Shown here one piece after another: positions 30,245-41,937 of a stretch of 64,000 bases of DNA. Origin of the DNA: Microthyrium microscopicum (Eukaryota); NCBI GenBank assembly GCA_010405405.1, contig MU004235.1:14538-78537 (forward strand), read 5' to 3'. The translations under genes were made by a program, and so were the position numbers. Numbering within the stretch: position 1 is the first letter of the stretch; the number at the start of each line of letters is the position of its first letter. The notes under the pieces were generated by a model. The model was not told the origin of the DNA. It saw nothing but the letters and a program-made list of their open reading frames with translations, and searched no databases.

Positions 30245-31727
30245 ATGGGCGCAATAGCACTATTCGTTGTCCTGCTCGGCTTGTTAGGTGGCCAAGGCGG
30301 ATTGGTAGATGCGAATGCAAATGGATATATACGAATTCCCGCTGCTGAAGCTGCGGGACTTAAAGTCTTTAGACGGGAAGCTGTGAGGTTCGCGGAGGGA
30401 AGTGGTGATGCTGGTACGTTGATTGCAATGTGAATCGTGCGTCTACTGATGGCAGATAGTCGCACCACATATCCTTCCTCTTCATACCTACGCGGGTGTC
30501 TCACCGAGTAGACGGTATCTGAACTTCCTCACCACCTCTCCCTCTGATGATCCAGGCCCAGCCGCCTCCACCATCGGCACTCCCTCGGCCTCCCTCCAGA
30601 ACTTCCAAGACTACGTCTATCTTGTCCCCATAACATTCGCATCCCAAACTTTCCTCGCAACCCTCGACACCGGCTCCGCAGATACTTGGCTTGCCACTTC
30701 GCCCTTCACCTGCCTCACGGCATCGAAAAACTGCGGTTTTGGACCGGGGTACAAAGCTTCTGCTTCCATGTCAACTATTGCTGGCGCGCGCATGGATGTA
30801 GCGTATACGACTGGTGAACAACTACAAGGCAAACTTGCCCACGAAACTGTCACGCTCGCTGGCATCAAGGTAGAGAAGCAGGTAGTTGGTCTGATGAGTA
30901 GAGGAAATTGGCACGGCGACGGAACGAGCAGTGGATTGGTTGGCATGGCCTTTCCCAACGATACGAATGCGTTTACCGGTAGTGAGGCGAACCCGATACG
31001 ATATGCATACGATTCGATATTTAGCTCCATGCATAAGAAGGGCTTGGTCAAGCCAGTCTTCAGTATTGCACTAGGCCGACCAGGAGAGGCGATGGGCGTG
31101 TTGGCATTAGGTGGTCTTCCTGATACAAAGGATGTCCAGACGACAGGCGAATGGGCACGAGAAAAATTGGTATATCTGCATTACGATGACGGAAAGCCTA
31201 TGAAACCGGCTGGCGTATACAATCTATACATGATCAACGTCAAGGGAATCACGACAAACACTACTGGTTCCACTGCCAACATTTCACCCAGTCCAGGTTC
31301 CAAAAACAGCAATTCGACGAGCCATCCCGAACATTTCGATGCCGTTCTCGACACTGGCTCCCCGCTGGTGTATCTGCCGAAAACGCTGGCACGTATCGTC
31401 AATGCGGGCTGGAGTCCGGCGGCGCAATTCGATATGGATGCGAATCTGTGGACTGTCGCTTGTGATGCGAGTGCTCCGACGTTGGATTTTGGTATAGGAG
31501 GCATGAAGGTTGGCGTTGATGCCGCTAGTATGGTGACGAAAGGTGGTGTTGGGACACTGCCGAAGGTTCCAAAGGGTCGGTGTTTGAGTGCAGTGCAGGA
31601 GAGTGGGCCATTAGCATTTGGGGTTCATATCATTGGTGCGCCGTTTTTGCAGAGCGTTGTTGCGGTTTTTGATGTTGGTGCTGCGGAGATGAGGTTTGCT
31701 AGGAGGGTCAATGGCATGGCAAAATAA
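30245..31727 (+). CDS. Secreted pepsin-family (A1) aspartic protease, 1 intron (~30414-30459)
   Basis: Signal peptide MGAIALFVVLLGLL; two catalytic motifs LDTGSADTW (~30663) and LDTGSPL (~31347); IIGAPFLQSVVAVFD. Confidence 0.9.
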
Positions 31728-31921
31728 ATGGTGTACTCCCATGAACTCTAATGGCGCCCATTAGCGCTGCTACTCATAAGGTGCTTCAATTCCTATCGTA
31801 TCTGCTAGATGTTCTTTATCCAAACGGTTCTTATGGCAATTAAAACACTCGATAACAGAGCCTAGCGTTTGGGCGTCATCAGAGTTGGTAGGAGTACGCC
31901 ATTTATTTTGCTATGCCGTTG
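31709..31921 (-). mobile_element. MITE-like element, family A, reverse orientation, overlapping the protease stop codon
   Basis: 31-bp near-perfect terminal inverted repeat caatggcatggcaaaataaatggtgtactcc / ggagtacgccatttattttgctatgccgttg. The interior matches the reverse complement of 14410-14621. Confidence 0.75.
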
Positions 31922-31960
31922 GCTGCCTTGGCCTCCACCGATTGACGTAGCCTCCTCTCC

Positions 31961-32174
31961 CAAACTGAAGACAGAATAAACGGAGCGCTCCCATCAGCTT
32001 CGTTGGCTCCCATGCGCTTCTTTTTGGTATGAACTACTTTATTTCCCAACGACGGCGAAGACATAGTTAAGACATAACGGATACGGTGGGATCTAGAGAG
32101 TCTGATATATAAACGGGAGTGATCGTAGACATCGCACTCGCTGGGAGGCGCCGTTTTATTTTGTTATATTGTTG
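31961..32174 (-). mobile_element. MITE-like element, family A, diverged reverse copy
   Basis: Left end acagaataaacggagcgctcccatcagcttcgttggctccca and right end catcgcactcgctgggaggcgccgttttattttgt match the reverse-complemented ends of the 14410 and 39741 copies. Confidence 0.65.
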
Positions 32175-32911
32175 GGTAGCAAAATAATAAATCCTCCAGG
32201 CTACCTGAGAGTAGTGTGGAAATTATAGGTAGTGACAATTCTAGTCAGCTGATACCATGCCTTATGACACTTTCTCTCCAAGGTGAGAGCGCCATGCGAA
32301 TGTCTTGCACAACTTGCATCATTATCTTTTTCACGGCCGACAAATCCATCAGCCATAAGTAGCTTCATCTAGCCAGTCACTGCCTAAATCCGGGAATGCT
32401 CGCGTCCATATTCTGTCACAGAAAACTTCTGCAGAAACCCATCTATACTGCTGTGTTGAGCCTTCAGAAATCGGATTTGCATCCACTCTGCAGACCTATT
32501 TTTGCAAAACGGTTCCCAAAACTCACTGCATCCACACTACCCCCTTCCACTACGCCCAAAGCTTCAAATTCAACCTGTTGTCCAACACTTTGATATATCC
32601 TCCAATATCATCCTCTTACATCGGCTCACCAATTCAGAACATTTGCTACTGGCTCAAATAACAAACACAACCACGGTCCACGAACACTCAGCCTGATGAC
32701 TGAAGTTGTTCAACCAATCGGCAGTCACGCCATGCCTTCTTGGGCTAAGCGTACAAGCGGACCCATGTCCTTTCGCACGTGCACGCTACCTACGATCCCC
32801 AGAAAATTCCCAACTTCAAATTCGAAAATATTCAAACCTTCTGCAACACTTACCAAAAACCGAACCTCTCCCTATCGCCGAATTCCCTACAGTCCGCCCT
32901 CCTTCGAAAAA

Positions 32912-33806
32912 ATGGCTCGTGGCCTCCGCTCTAATCGTCTCAAGAAAAACAACACGAAGCTACGCGCCAACGTCTTCGGCCCCGTCATCGATGCCCGCAC
33001 CGAACGCCTTGCTTCTAAGCAGGCAGAGGTAGTCGCAACTCCTCTTCCCGAACGGGAGCCTCCTAAAGAGGTCGAACCAGAGGTAGAAGACGCATCCAAG
33101 GCTGAAGGTATGTTGCAGAATATCTCCCTAGTTCAATCCCTTCATGCAACCTCATCCCGCTCCAATGTCCTGCACAACCCACTGGAACCAAAGGAACAGG
33201 ACTACCCTGCCAAGCAGACGATTCTTTCCGTGAATAGTGGTGCGGGAGAACCTCCAGATTGGCGCAAAATGGCACGCGCTCACTATACAGAGGATTCGCT
33301 ACCTCCCAAGCCCCTCGGCGATAACACAATCCGTACCGATAACCTGTTGTCCATAGCCGGAGATGGCAACCTTGAGTTCGAGGAATGGCAGCTCATACCT
33401 GGCCTTCAGACCGCCCTCGGATTCGCTACTTCCATAGCCGAGGACCACGAAACTGGCGATGTTCATTTCCGGCGTCCATATGACGAAGTCGAGGAGCCGG
33501 ATGATGACTTTTACACCAGCCTAGCCCTCTCTGGACTCCATGGATTTGAATTCACCTCCAATGGCATGGAGTTCCAACTTCCTGCATCTTTTATGTACTA
33601 GCAAGCTCTTGCATGACCGTTCTTGCTGACTTAACAATGCAGCTATGGATTTAGATGTCACTTCTGAATCAGTAAAGGGTTCTTCCAAGAAGCGCCCCAC
33701 GAGAAAAGAAGCGCGCAAAATCAAGAAGGATAGTCATCGCAAACCTCGAAACTTGATTGCATTCAAGACAAAGCCAAAGTCAAAACGACGACAACCTCGT
33801 ATATGA
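32912..33806 (+). CDS. DUF2423 (YBL028C-like) small basic protein, spliced form with intron 33108-33642
   Basis: MARGLRSNRLKKNNTKLRANVFGPVIDARTERLASK N-terminus. Donor G|GTATGT, branch GCTGAC, acceptor TGCAG. Exon 2 is Lys/Arg-rich: AMDLD...KKDSHRKPRNLIAF...RI*. Confidence 0.8.
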
Positions 33807-34367
33807 CCTGGGAATTAGTATTGGCAGGAAACTGACTGGACGATTGTGACGGCACACATTGACGACAGTATGAATCACATCATTGGGCGGGTTACACTGA
33901 TTTATTTGTAACTCTTTGTGTATTAGCAAGGCGCTGGGATTATTTATATAGCATTTCGATGCAGTACAGCGAGATTCCAATCATGTTGTTCTCATCCACA
34001 ATAAAAGCATCATTGTGATATCTCATTTCACCTTTAACCACTGTGAAGTGTTTTCCTTGGCCTGTGATCTAATTTCTGAGGCTGTAAGAGCTGGGCAGAA
34101 TGGACTGGACGCTAAAACACAGCGATACTTTGAACAGGCGGTATAATTCAAAGCGTCGTTATTGTGCTGTTGGCAAGTGTTAGCTTGACAGTCATCAGGT
34201 CGGCCAAATCGAAGGCGTGGAACAAGGCTCCCTAATGCTGTGCTCTTTTATCGAGTTATATGCCATGAAGGATGTTCAGATTCGCATGATTTATCCAATA
34301 CAATTCGAAAATATAGCAGTTCACGAATCCTTCAAATCAATATATTGTATCAAATCCCTATGCTTTT

Positions 34368-34960
34368 CTACACATAATGCTTATGCCTATTTAGCCGCCC
34401 CATCTGCACACTATTCGCCACTACAACTCCAATTCGACCCACATACTCCGTATGCTTTCTATTGCAGATCCGTCAGTTTCACTCTAAGATTCTTCAGTGC
34501 TCGCGCACTATCAATACCCGACAATGTGCTTCCATCGTCCGGCAACCCAAGATGCGCATTGTCTCATCTCATAGACGACACGTAGCCAAAAACGTCCGGC
34601 GCCACGGGATTGGCCTGCAACGAAATGCTAAAGACTGCAGTGCAGAAGAGGATAATGCTTGTGATTATATCAAGCACAAGCCAGTGAATCGAAAGATGAT
34701 ATCCAGGGGTAGGTAGCTCCGCACCCATGGCCGACTTTCCAGTTGCTGAGATTCTTTCCTTGGATGAGTTCAGGAGCGTGGTTGCGTTATAACTTGTCAT
34801 TCTTCCGACCTTAGACGCGGTAAGGCAGATTTTGACGAGTCGCGCAAGACCAGTGGACAAATCGAGGTTAGGATAGAGCGTATGTTCGTTCCAGTCTCCG
34901 ATATCCCAGACTGGATAGCCAGTTTTGTTAACATACCAAGTTTGCGCGCCGACGTTGTTC
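34368..34960 (-). pseudogene. 3' fragment of a fungal hypothetical membrane-protein gene, carrying nonsense and frameshift lesions
   Basis: A transmembrane segment is followed by APDVFGYVSSMR*DNAHLGLPDDGSTLSGIDSARALKNLRVKLTDLQ*, then GRIGVV...RLNRHKHYV* in another frame. This resembles a C-terminal motif I recall from uncharacterised Pezizomycotina membrane proteins. Confidence 0.55.
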
Positions 34961-35146
34961 AGGACATTGCACTGCCATAATACTACTTAAAGAGCGACTG
35001 CTTTGACTACCATCAGATCCGTAAAACTTACATCCGGTTATCGAATACGATGGTAGTTAAAGCAGTTACTCCTTAAGAAGTGTTATGGCAGCCATCGTAA
35101 TCGATGGGAGCTCCATCCAAAAGGCTCACTTATTTTGTCCTCACAG
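34950..35146 (+). repeat. Dispersed ~200-bp repeat (MITE-like family B), copy 1
   Basis: ctgccataa..cttaaag..ctgcttt..ctaccatc and tatggcagcc..cgtaatcgatggga..ggctcact..ttttgtcctcacag are shared with 37507-37733. Confidence 0.6.
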
Positions 35147-35639
35147 AGGTCTGAGAAAAGCAAGACCAAACCTGGCGTGTTAAAAGCCTCTCGTGTTTTC
35201 TTTCGGGGCCTCTTGCTATAGCACTGCGTCCTCCTTCCGCGTGCGGGAGGATACACTGCGGGAGGATACGCTTTCACTCCGCGGCGTCTCCGCCAAAAAT
35301 TGCACAACAATCCCTCCGTAATTCAGACTCAACTTTCTCACCAACCATCACTCACCAACCATCACTCAACAGCCCCAATCTACTCGGCATACGTTGGGCA
35401 AACCCGGCAAACCATGAATCTCAATAACCTCAGCCTACGCCCTCATGGACAGGGTCGGGATGCGCAGGGATTTCCGCTTGCTACACTCCGCCGCCGCAAT
35501 AGTCTGCCAGATTTGACTGCAGCAGCATTTCAGGCTCCACAGCGCGCTCCTCTTACTGCCCACCCAAGCATGAAACTCTCTTTTACACCTGTTTGACCAA
35601 GAATCGCAGCAAGCGAGTTTTTCAATCTTTTAGACCATT

Positions 35640-35861
35640 CCCAGAATCAAGCACCAGTCCCAGCTCCAGGATCCCAGATGCTAAGCTGTTTTATCAGTGC
35701 TTTAATCATCATGAAGGCCGTTAAGACTCGAATGATTTATCGAAGTTAAGACTTGAATGATTTATCGAACTAATTGGTATATGTAGCACCTCTTGCTTAG
35801 TGGCGTTGGTGGAAACCATTAGAGTTGATGGTAGAATGCTATTTATTTTGCTATGCCGTTG
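35640..35861 (+). mobile_element. Degenerate family A MITE-like copy with an internal 25-bp tandem duplication
   Basis: Right end atttattttgctatgccgttg is identical to the 31921 terminus. Interior tatcagtgcttta..gttaagact.gaatgatttatcgaa (twice) resembles the family core. Left end is unclear. Confidence 0.5.
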
Positions 35862-36087
35862 TGGTCTTGGTGCGATGATAAACATAGGATGTGGTATGGA
35901 TTCAGTGCTATGATGTCAAGGTCTGAGTCTAAGCACAAGAGCTCAAGAGGTTAGGATTCGTATATGGCATCTAGACTTGGTTCATTATCGGATTCATTTT
36001 TATTGAGTAAGTTATGGCCTCTCTCATTAGGTCTACAGAGAATTCAGTCTATCCAACCAAAGCATCGTACACATCTTTCGGCAACCA

Positions 36088-36732
36088 TCAAATCTCACTA
36101 TCCCTATCGCAACTGTTGTCCAAGCATACTTCAATCTCTGCAAGGGTAAGCTGCTTTTGGTCGAGCTGTCGCTGAGCCATGTGAAGAGATTCTTTATGAG
36201 CCTTTAGAGCTACTCCTAAACAACGGATACGCTCCTCAGCTGCTCGCTTGGTGGCTGCCGCTTCATCACGCTTCTTGACTGCAATCTGGACTTCCTTCAT
36301 GAGTTGTTCCACTGGCATAAGGAGAGAATCTGACTCGGCCGAAGGAGCTTTGCGTTTTGCTGGAATGACTGCTTCAGGTGAAACTTGTATCTTCAAGGGA
36401 ACAGCTGCTCTCGTGGGAGCCATAGTATGCGGTGGGACAACTGGAGCTGGGGCTCTGTCTGAAAGCGTCTCGGCGAGTATATCAGCAATTGAAATTCTAG
36501 GGTCAAAAGCGGGGATTATGGCTGTTTCTGTTGGCGTCAAAGGTGAAAATGGAGGGTTTTCGATGGCAGGGGCAATTGTTGTAGCTCGTTCCGGAGTGTC
36601 GTAGCGATCGCGTTGAGAGGACGACGGTCGAAAATTGAAAGGATGAAGGTTATATTTGGTTCTCTTCAGGCTCTTCATCTTATGACCGGAGCCTTGTTCA
36701 GGGTCTTTGTACGTAATAGAATGTGGAGGCAT
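36088..36732 (-). CDS. Hypothetical 214-aa protein, Pro-rich with a C-terminal coiled coil
   Basis: ATG-started ORF, basic NLS-like PAKRKAP, heptad-like C-terminus. No family recognised. Confidence 0.5.
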   Translation of the reverse strand: MPPHSITYKDPEQGSGHKMKSLKRTKYNLHPFNFRPSSSQRDRYDTPERATTIAPAIENPPFSPLTPTETAIIPAFDPRISIADILAETLSDRAPAPVVPPHTMAPTRAAVPLKIQVSPEAVIPAKRKAPSAESDSLLMPVEQLMKEVQIAVKKRDEAAATKRAAEERIRCLGVALKAHKESLHMAQRQLDQKQLTLAEIEVCLDNSCDRDSEI

Positions 36733-37506
36733 CTTGTTTTCACGCGCTGCTGATGATGATGAAGTCTGGAGAGGTCAGTCAGTAAGACCAAATCACAGGA
36801 ATGGAGAGTTCTTACGGCAAAAGGATTCTGACTATATGAGAACAGCAGGTTCCCGTTGTCTTTACGGGTCAGTGAGATCCATATTCTGGCACCGGTAGAT
36901 TGTTCTTTCGAGGCGAGCTGAGGCATCGAATTTTTTTCAAATGATGAACTGAGAGCTTTTTGTTGTTCTTTTCATTGTGGGCTTAAATAGAACTCCAATC
37001 ATATTTGTCAGGCACGAGCACTCGGGTGATGGAATGAGGAAAGAACGTTGGTTTTACTTGGGAAGGCACGCTGGGTGCTTGCTTCCTAGGATGGTAGGGA
37101 CGCACCGAAGCGGAAAAAGGGGTAATATTTACAAGCTCTAAGGAGTCGATAAAATAAAGGAATGGCTTCCATCATCGAGTGCGATGTCTACAACCGTACT
37201 TTATGTAGAGCATGACCTCTAAGTCTCATCATGTTCGATATTTCGCATCCTCTCCTATGCGCTCAGTGGGAAAGAGAGTAATCGATGACAGAATGTAGCC
37301 GCTGGAAGTTAATGAGGCTATTGGGGACAAATCACTTGTTCAGTCTTATAAAGTAGAAATCCACGGGTTGATATGCCATATACTAATGTGTTTAGCATGA
37401 TTTGGCATCAGGAACTTTGATGTGTCAATTTTCGTCTCGATACAAGTCTTGTTTACATACAGGAATTTCTGTCATGACTCTGAATATTGCGCTTATGTGC
37501 CCTCTT

Positions 37507-37733
37507 CGTGAAAAGATAGATGAGCCGTTTCGATGACTATTCCCGTTGACGAGGATGTCTGCCATAACACTTCTTAAAGGGTGGCTGCTTTAGCTACCAT
37601 CGTTCTCGATAACTTGGTGTAGACTTTACCACGTTGATGGGATTTCAAGCAGTGTCTCTTTGAGGATGCTATGGTAGCCAAACGTAATCGATGGGAATAG
37701 TCGTCGTGAGGGCTCACTTTTTGTCCTCACAGT
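37507..37733 (+). repeat. MITE-like family B, copy 2, with long imperfect inverted ends
   Basis: Left gtga..gagcc..cgatgactattccc..ctgccataa pairs with right tatggtagcc..gggaatagtcgtcg..ggctcac..tcac. Similar to 34950-35146. Confidence 0.6.
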
Positions 37734-39740
37734 GCAGACATTAAATAGATTCATGATAATAATAGTAATCCTCGGCACATCCCACTTCGACTGTTTTCTC
37801 TGAAAACCGCTTTATGATCGATGAAGCCAATGCTGTCTGGGACCCTATTGCTAAGAAACTGGAAGCATTCTCAGGAATGTCCAAGTTCCAGTCCAAGGCA
37901 TACAGTCTGCCCAATTGTGAAGCGTTTTATTCTCACACATACCGATCCATGGTTGAGAAATTGACGTAGCGAAACCAAAGATTCAGAAACGACATGGTCC
38001 TCAGGGAACGGGTGCTGGCCCACCAACTCGCGGACTCGTTTCCATGGACGGTCCACTCCTGACTGCTGACCATCGAAGGATTTCAAGGCTAATTGAGCAT
38101 CTCAAGCCGTCTAAACGAAGTTGGTCTGTAATCATGGTAGTGCCCATAGACAAACACGGTGATGGATCAAAGGCATCTACGCACCCTGACTAGCAAAAGG
38201 CCATCTGCTTGTCAGCCAGTATCAAGAAGGGAACTCCTGGTGCCGACGCACTACGTACATATGCCCCTGAAATGGATATATACGTTAACGAAGTGAGTGA
38301 ATGATTTCTTCGCCGACGAGAGTGGTAATGCTAACTCTGAACAGGCTTTGTACCTAGGACCCAACTATTTAAGATAGTTTCTGGGGTCTAATTCACCCAG
38401 ATTTTTCAGAGCCAGAGGCCACATACGATGACAACAACATTTTTGGGGCTACGCCTGGGATCAACGCAGACCATTTGCAAGTCGCGAATGGTCATCTTTG
38501 CAAGCCTTCCTCGAGCAGTGCCAAAGCCGTCTCAACATTCTCTCCCCATACAGACAACGAAACTTCAGCAGAAATTGCAAAGAACCAATCATGGTCAATC
38601 CCAAAATCTATCTTTCGAATGATTCCATTCCGTATTTAACCTACCTTTAAGCGAGCAAGTAACAAGAACGAACATTACCTTTGCCATCACCGAATCCACA
38701 CTCACATACTTGTTTGTTTGTCTGTCAGTAAGGCATGGTCTGTATGTATAATCTGATCGATCGAGTGCAGTCAGATTTAATTCCGTCAAACAACATCTCA
38801 GATATTCTTAGCTCTTGCCATCACCCTCAACTTCCTTCGGACGATTCTTACCGCCGTGAATATATCAGCCGCCCCAGGGGACTATTTCAAGAGAAAAGGG
38901 GCCAATAGCTACGCGAGAAAAATAACAATTCCTATTCGCACACTGATAAATAACTTCGCAAGCAATTCCCTTACGATGCGTAACAATGCGAATTACAGCA
39001 GGGACTAGCTATATCTCAGATCGTCATATACACCAGGGATGTCGAGTATCTTATAGTCGGCCCCCTATACCGACCTGCCGGATTATCAAACATGAAGCTT
39101 AACCAGTAAACAGCTCTTTGAAATCTCGGTAGAGGCTCACATTCTCCTTTTGGGAGGTCGTTCCAGCCTTGAGACAGTAGGACAGGCAAGACAAGGACAG
39201 GCCGTTCGGAAAGCGAGGGAAAGCCCTAAAAGATGGACGATTGCGATTGTACGCCAGGCAATCCAACAATGTCAAAAAGTGGTCCAGTTGGTGCAACCTC
39301 GGGCTCAATATAATGTGACGCGTTTCTGGCGACCTGGTTACACAGCGCACTAGTAAACGGCTATATTTGTATTGTGGCGATCCACGGAATCAACATATCG
39401 CATGTCCAAAGAGATAAACAGACGATGAGGAATTGAGCGGTCGATGTTGAGCATTCGAACTACCAAGTTCCGCGATGTTATGATGCGCACGTTGAAAAGT
39501 CCCGTGGCTTGAACACAAAACACTAGCTTCCATGTCGTCATGTCAAGATCCACAACTAGAGAAATCATGGATCGTGCGCTTCTAAAGAAGCTTCTGGCGG
39601 CATTCCATTGTGGATCTTGGAGAATTATTGCCGGATCCAGCAGAAACGTGGAAGGTTGTTATTGTTGGTAATCTCGGACGTGGACCGTGTGTACGATTGC
39701 AGTCAATTAATGGTACGCTAGATGAAGTGTTGATAGAGAC

Positions 39741-39953
39741 CAAGGGGTCGACAAAATAAATGGCGCGCTCCTAACGAGTGCGATGGCTCCCATACAGGAC
39801 GATCCGCTATTGAGTGCTTTATTTGCCATAGTGTGCATTCAGACTTCGATTATTTATCGAATGCGATAGGAAATATAACACGTTTGAATTAACAACGTTC
39901 GTGGGAGCAAACGACGCTGATGGGAGAAGGCCAGTTATTTTGTCCATCGGTTG
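39741..39953 (+). mobile_element. MITE-like element, family A, with an apparent 6-bp target-site duplication (AGAGAC)
   Basis: Near-colinear with 14410-14621; agagac lies immediately on both sides. Confidence 0.78.
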
Positions 39954-41937
39954 AGAGACATGAAATGTCCAAAATCATCCTAAATTGGATGGAATGTTTC
40001 GTGTCCGTGGTCCGTTGGCCAGCGAGAGCAAGCAATTGGGTGCTGTATAAGGTCCTTGCGGTGAGCCGATTGGTATGGCTGACTCGCAACGAGGTGGGAT
40101 TCCAATATGCTGGTATGGAGTATGAACGAAGTGGTGGGCTGGAGAAAAGTGTATGGAAACGATAGTCGCTCCTTTACTTGAGTAGAAAATCTGCAAGCAT
40201 AGAATTAGGAGGCAATGAAGTACTCCACAAGGTAGTAGATATGCTTCCAGCTGTCGTAAAATGCCAGTCTCACAAGCAGCATATCTTATGCAGGTACAAA
40301 AGTTAATCGTTAAAGCTGAAAGCAGGAACCAGGGGTTATAGTGATCGACATATCAGCATTAGATGCAAAGTATATCAATGTTGCTGTAAGGCCTAAACAT
40401 CGATAACCCAGCAAATCCAGCCAAGTGTTGATGGATCAATGCCTGCGGTCTCGATTCCGCAGACGAATCTGACATGATCGATCCTGCGAGCTATCAAGCG
40501 AAATAAGACATTCAAGATTAGTGTCTTTCTGGGTGATATCTTGGCACTTCCAGGGCAGTGGTACAAACCTTTAAAAGCTTCCGATTTATGGGAGGCAAAA
40601 GGCAAACGTGGGTTCCTTGCTGTCCGTCACCTCGTGTTGACGGTTGTGTGGATTTTCGATATAATATGCGAACGGTTTTTAGTGAATGAGATCATGCGTA
40701 AGCAGGCTTTCCTGAGAATAACAGGCTTCGTTATCGCATGGCGAACAGGCTTCTTTGGCGTGAAAGAGGGTAGACCGGGATCGCAAGTTCGGATCACACC
40801 CTATCTCTCTCTTCAGGCTTGTTTGCAAACCAACTCAGCAGATGATGAGTGCCTCTCCCTTTTGACTGCTTTCCACTGGAGGAGTGCATGAAGAGCGTTC
40901 AGCCGATGCCTGCATCTCAAGAGCCACTCGAAATGAAAAAGAGTCTGCCGATGCCACGATTGGTCGCTTCTCCTGTACCTCAGCCTAAAGCATGCTGAAG
41001 ATTGCTGTAGGCTGAAAGCAAGAGCTGTAAGAGTAAAGCAAAGGTTGTTTCCGCGATCATCAAACAGGCACATGGGAATGTGATCCGACGAAATTTAGGA
41101 GTAGCGGAACAAGTTGCCAGCCTTGCCTTGTCTTTCCGCCGGTTGCTTGCTGGTCTTGGTTGTCGACGCCCCAGCACACCGTGCGCGCCATGTTAGTACT
41201 TGTACTCGGTGATGGCATTTTCTTTGAATCCGTTGGCATCCCTTTTCGAGTCTTTGCTTTGCTCTGCACTGTTCATGTTTATATCCTAACTTTGCCAACT
41301 TTTTCCCCCAGATCTGGGACGGTCATTCCTTATCATACAGCACATATCCAACCTTTTCGCCCTGGCCTTTGGACCCAGATACTCGCCAACTGACAACAAG
41401 TCTAAAAGCGCATTTATTAAATCTTAATTGAAGGAAGCACCGTCCACAGTCGGTCCCAGCATACTGGATATCAAGCATCCCAATTCTGGAGTTTCCACCA
41501 GGATTGAGGAAAACCGAGAACCTCCGAAGCAGATCGCATTGCTGCTGCATTGAGGCCAACAGCTGCAGCCTCGGCGAGAGACTACAGAAGTACATTGAAG
41601 ACTATTCTGAAGAGATTCTCGACCTTCTTGATCAGGACTCTGCCACTCTGGAGCGCAAAGTTTGAGAGGGAGGTGCAAAATAGCAAAGGTTCCAGAGGAT
41701 CGACCCAACTCAAACTCAACTTCAAGCCGGCAACGGATGCGAAGCAGGCCAAGCACCGCAAGAGTTGAGAGAGCAAGGAGAAATAATTTCTTTTGGGCGC
41801 AAGAGTCAGGAATCTTCAAAAATTAGGGAGTAGAAGAGGGACCTGGAGGTTGCGGTGATTGGCTGAGCCTATGGCCACACAGTCGCGCTACTGGCTTTTG
41901 TCGTAGCGCCTTCCGAGCCTCAGCGCTCTTCAGTCGA

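Noticed and set aside
32696..32911. N-terminal extension of the 301-aa ORF
   Set aside because: The family-typical start MARGLRS is at 32912 in a good context (aaaATGG). The upstream part looks like leader sequence.
40393..41819. Multiple short ORFs on both strands
   Set aside because: No domain signal or coherent splice model.
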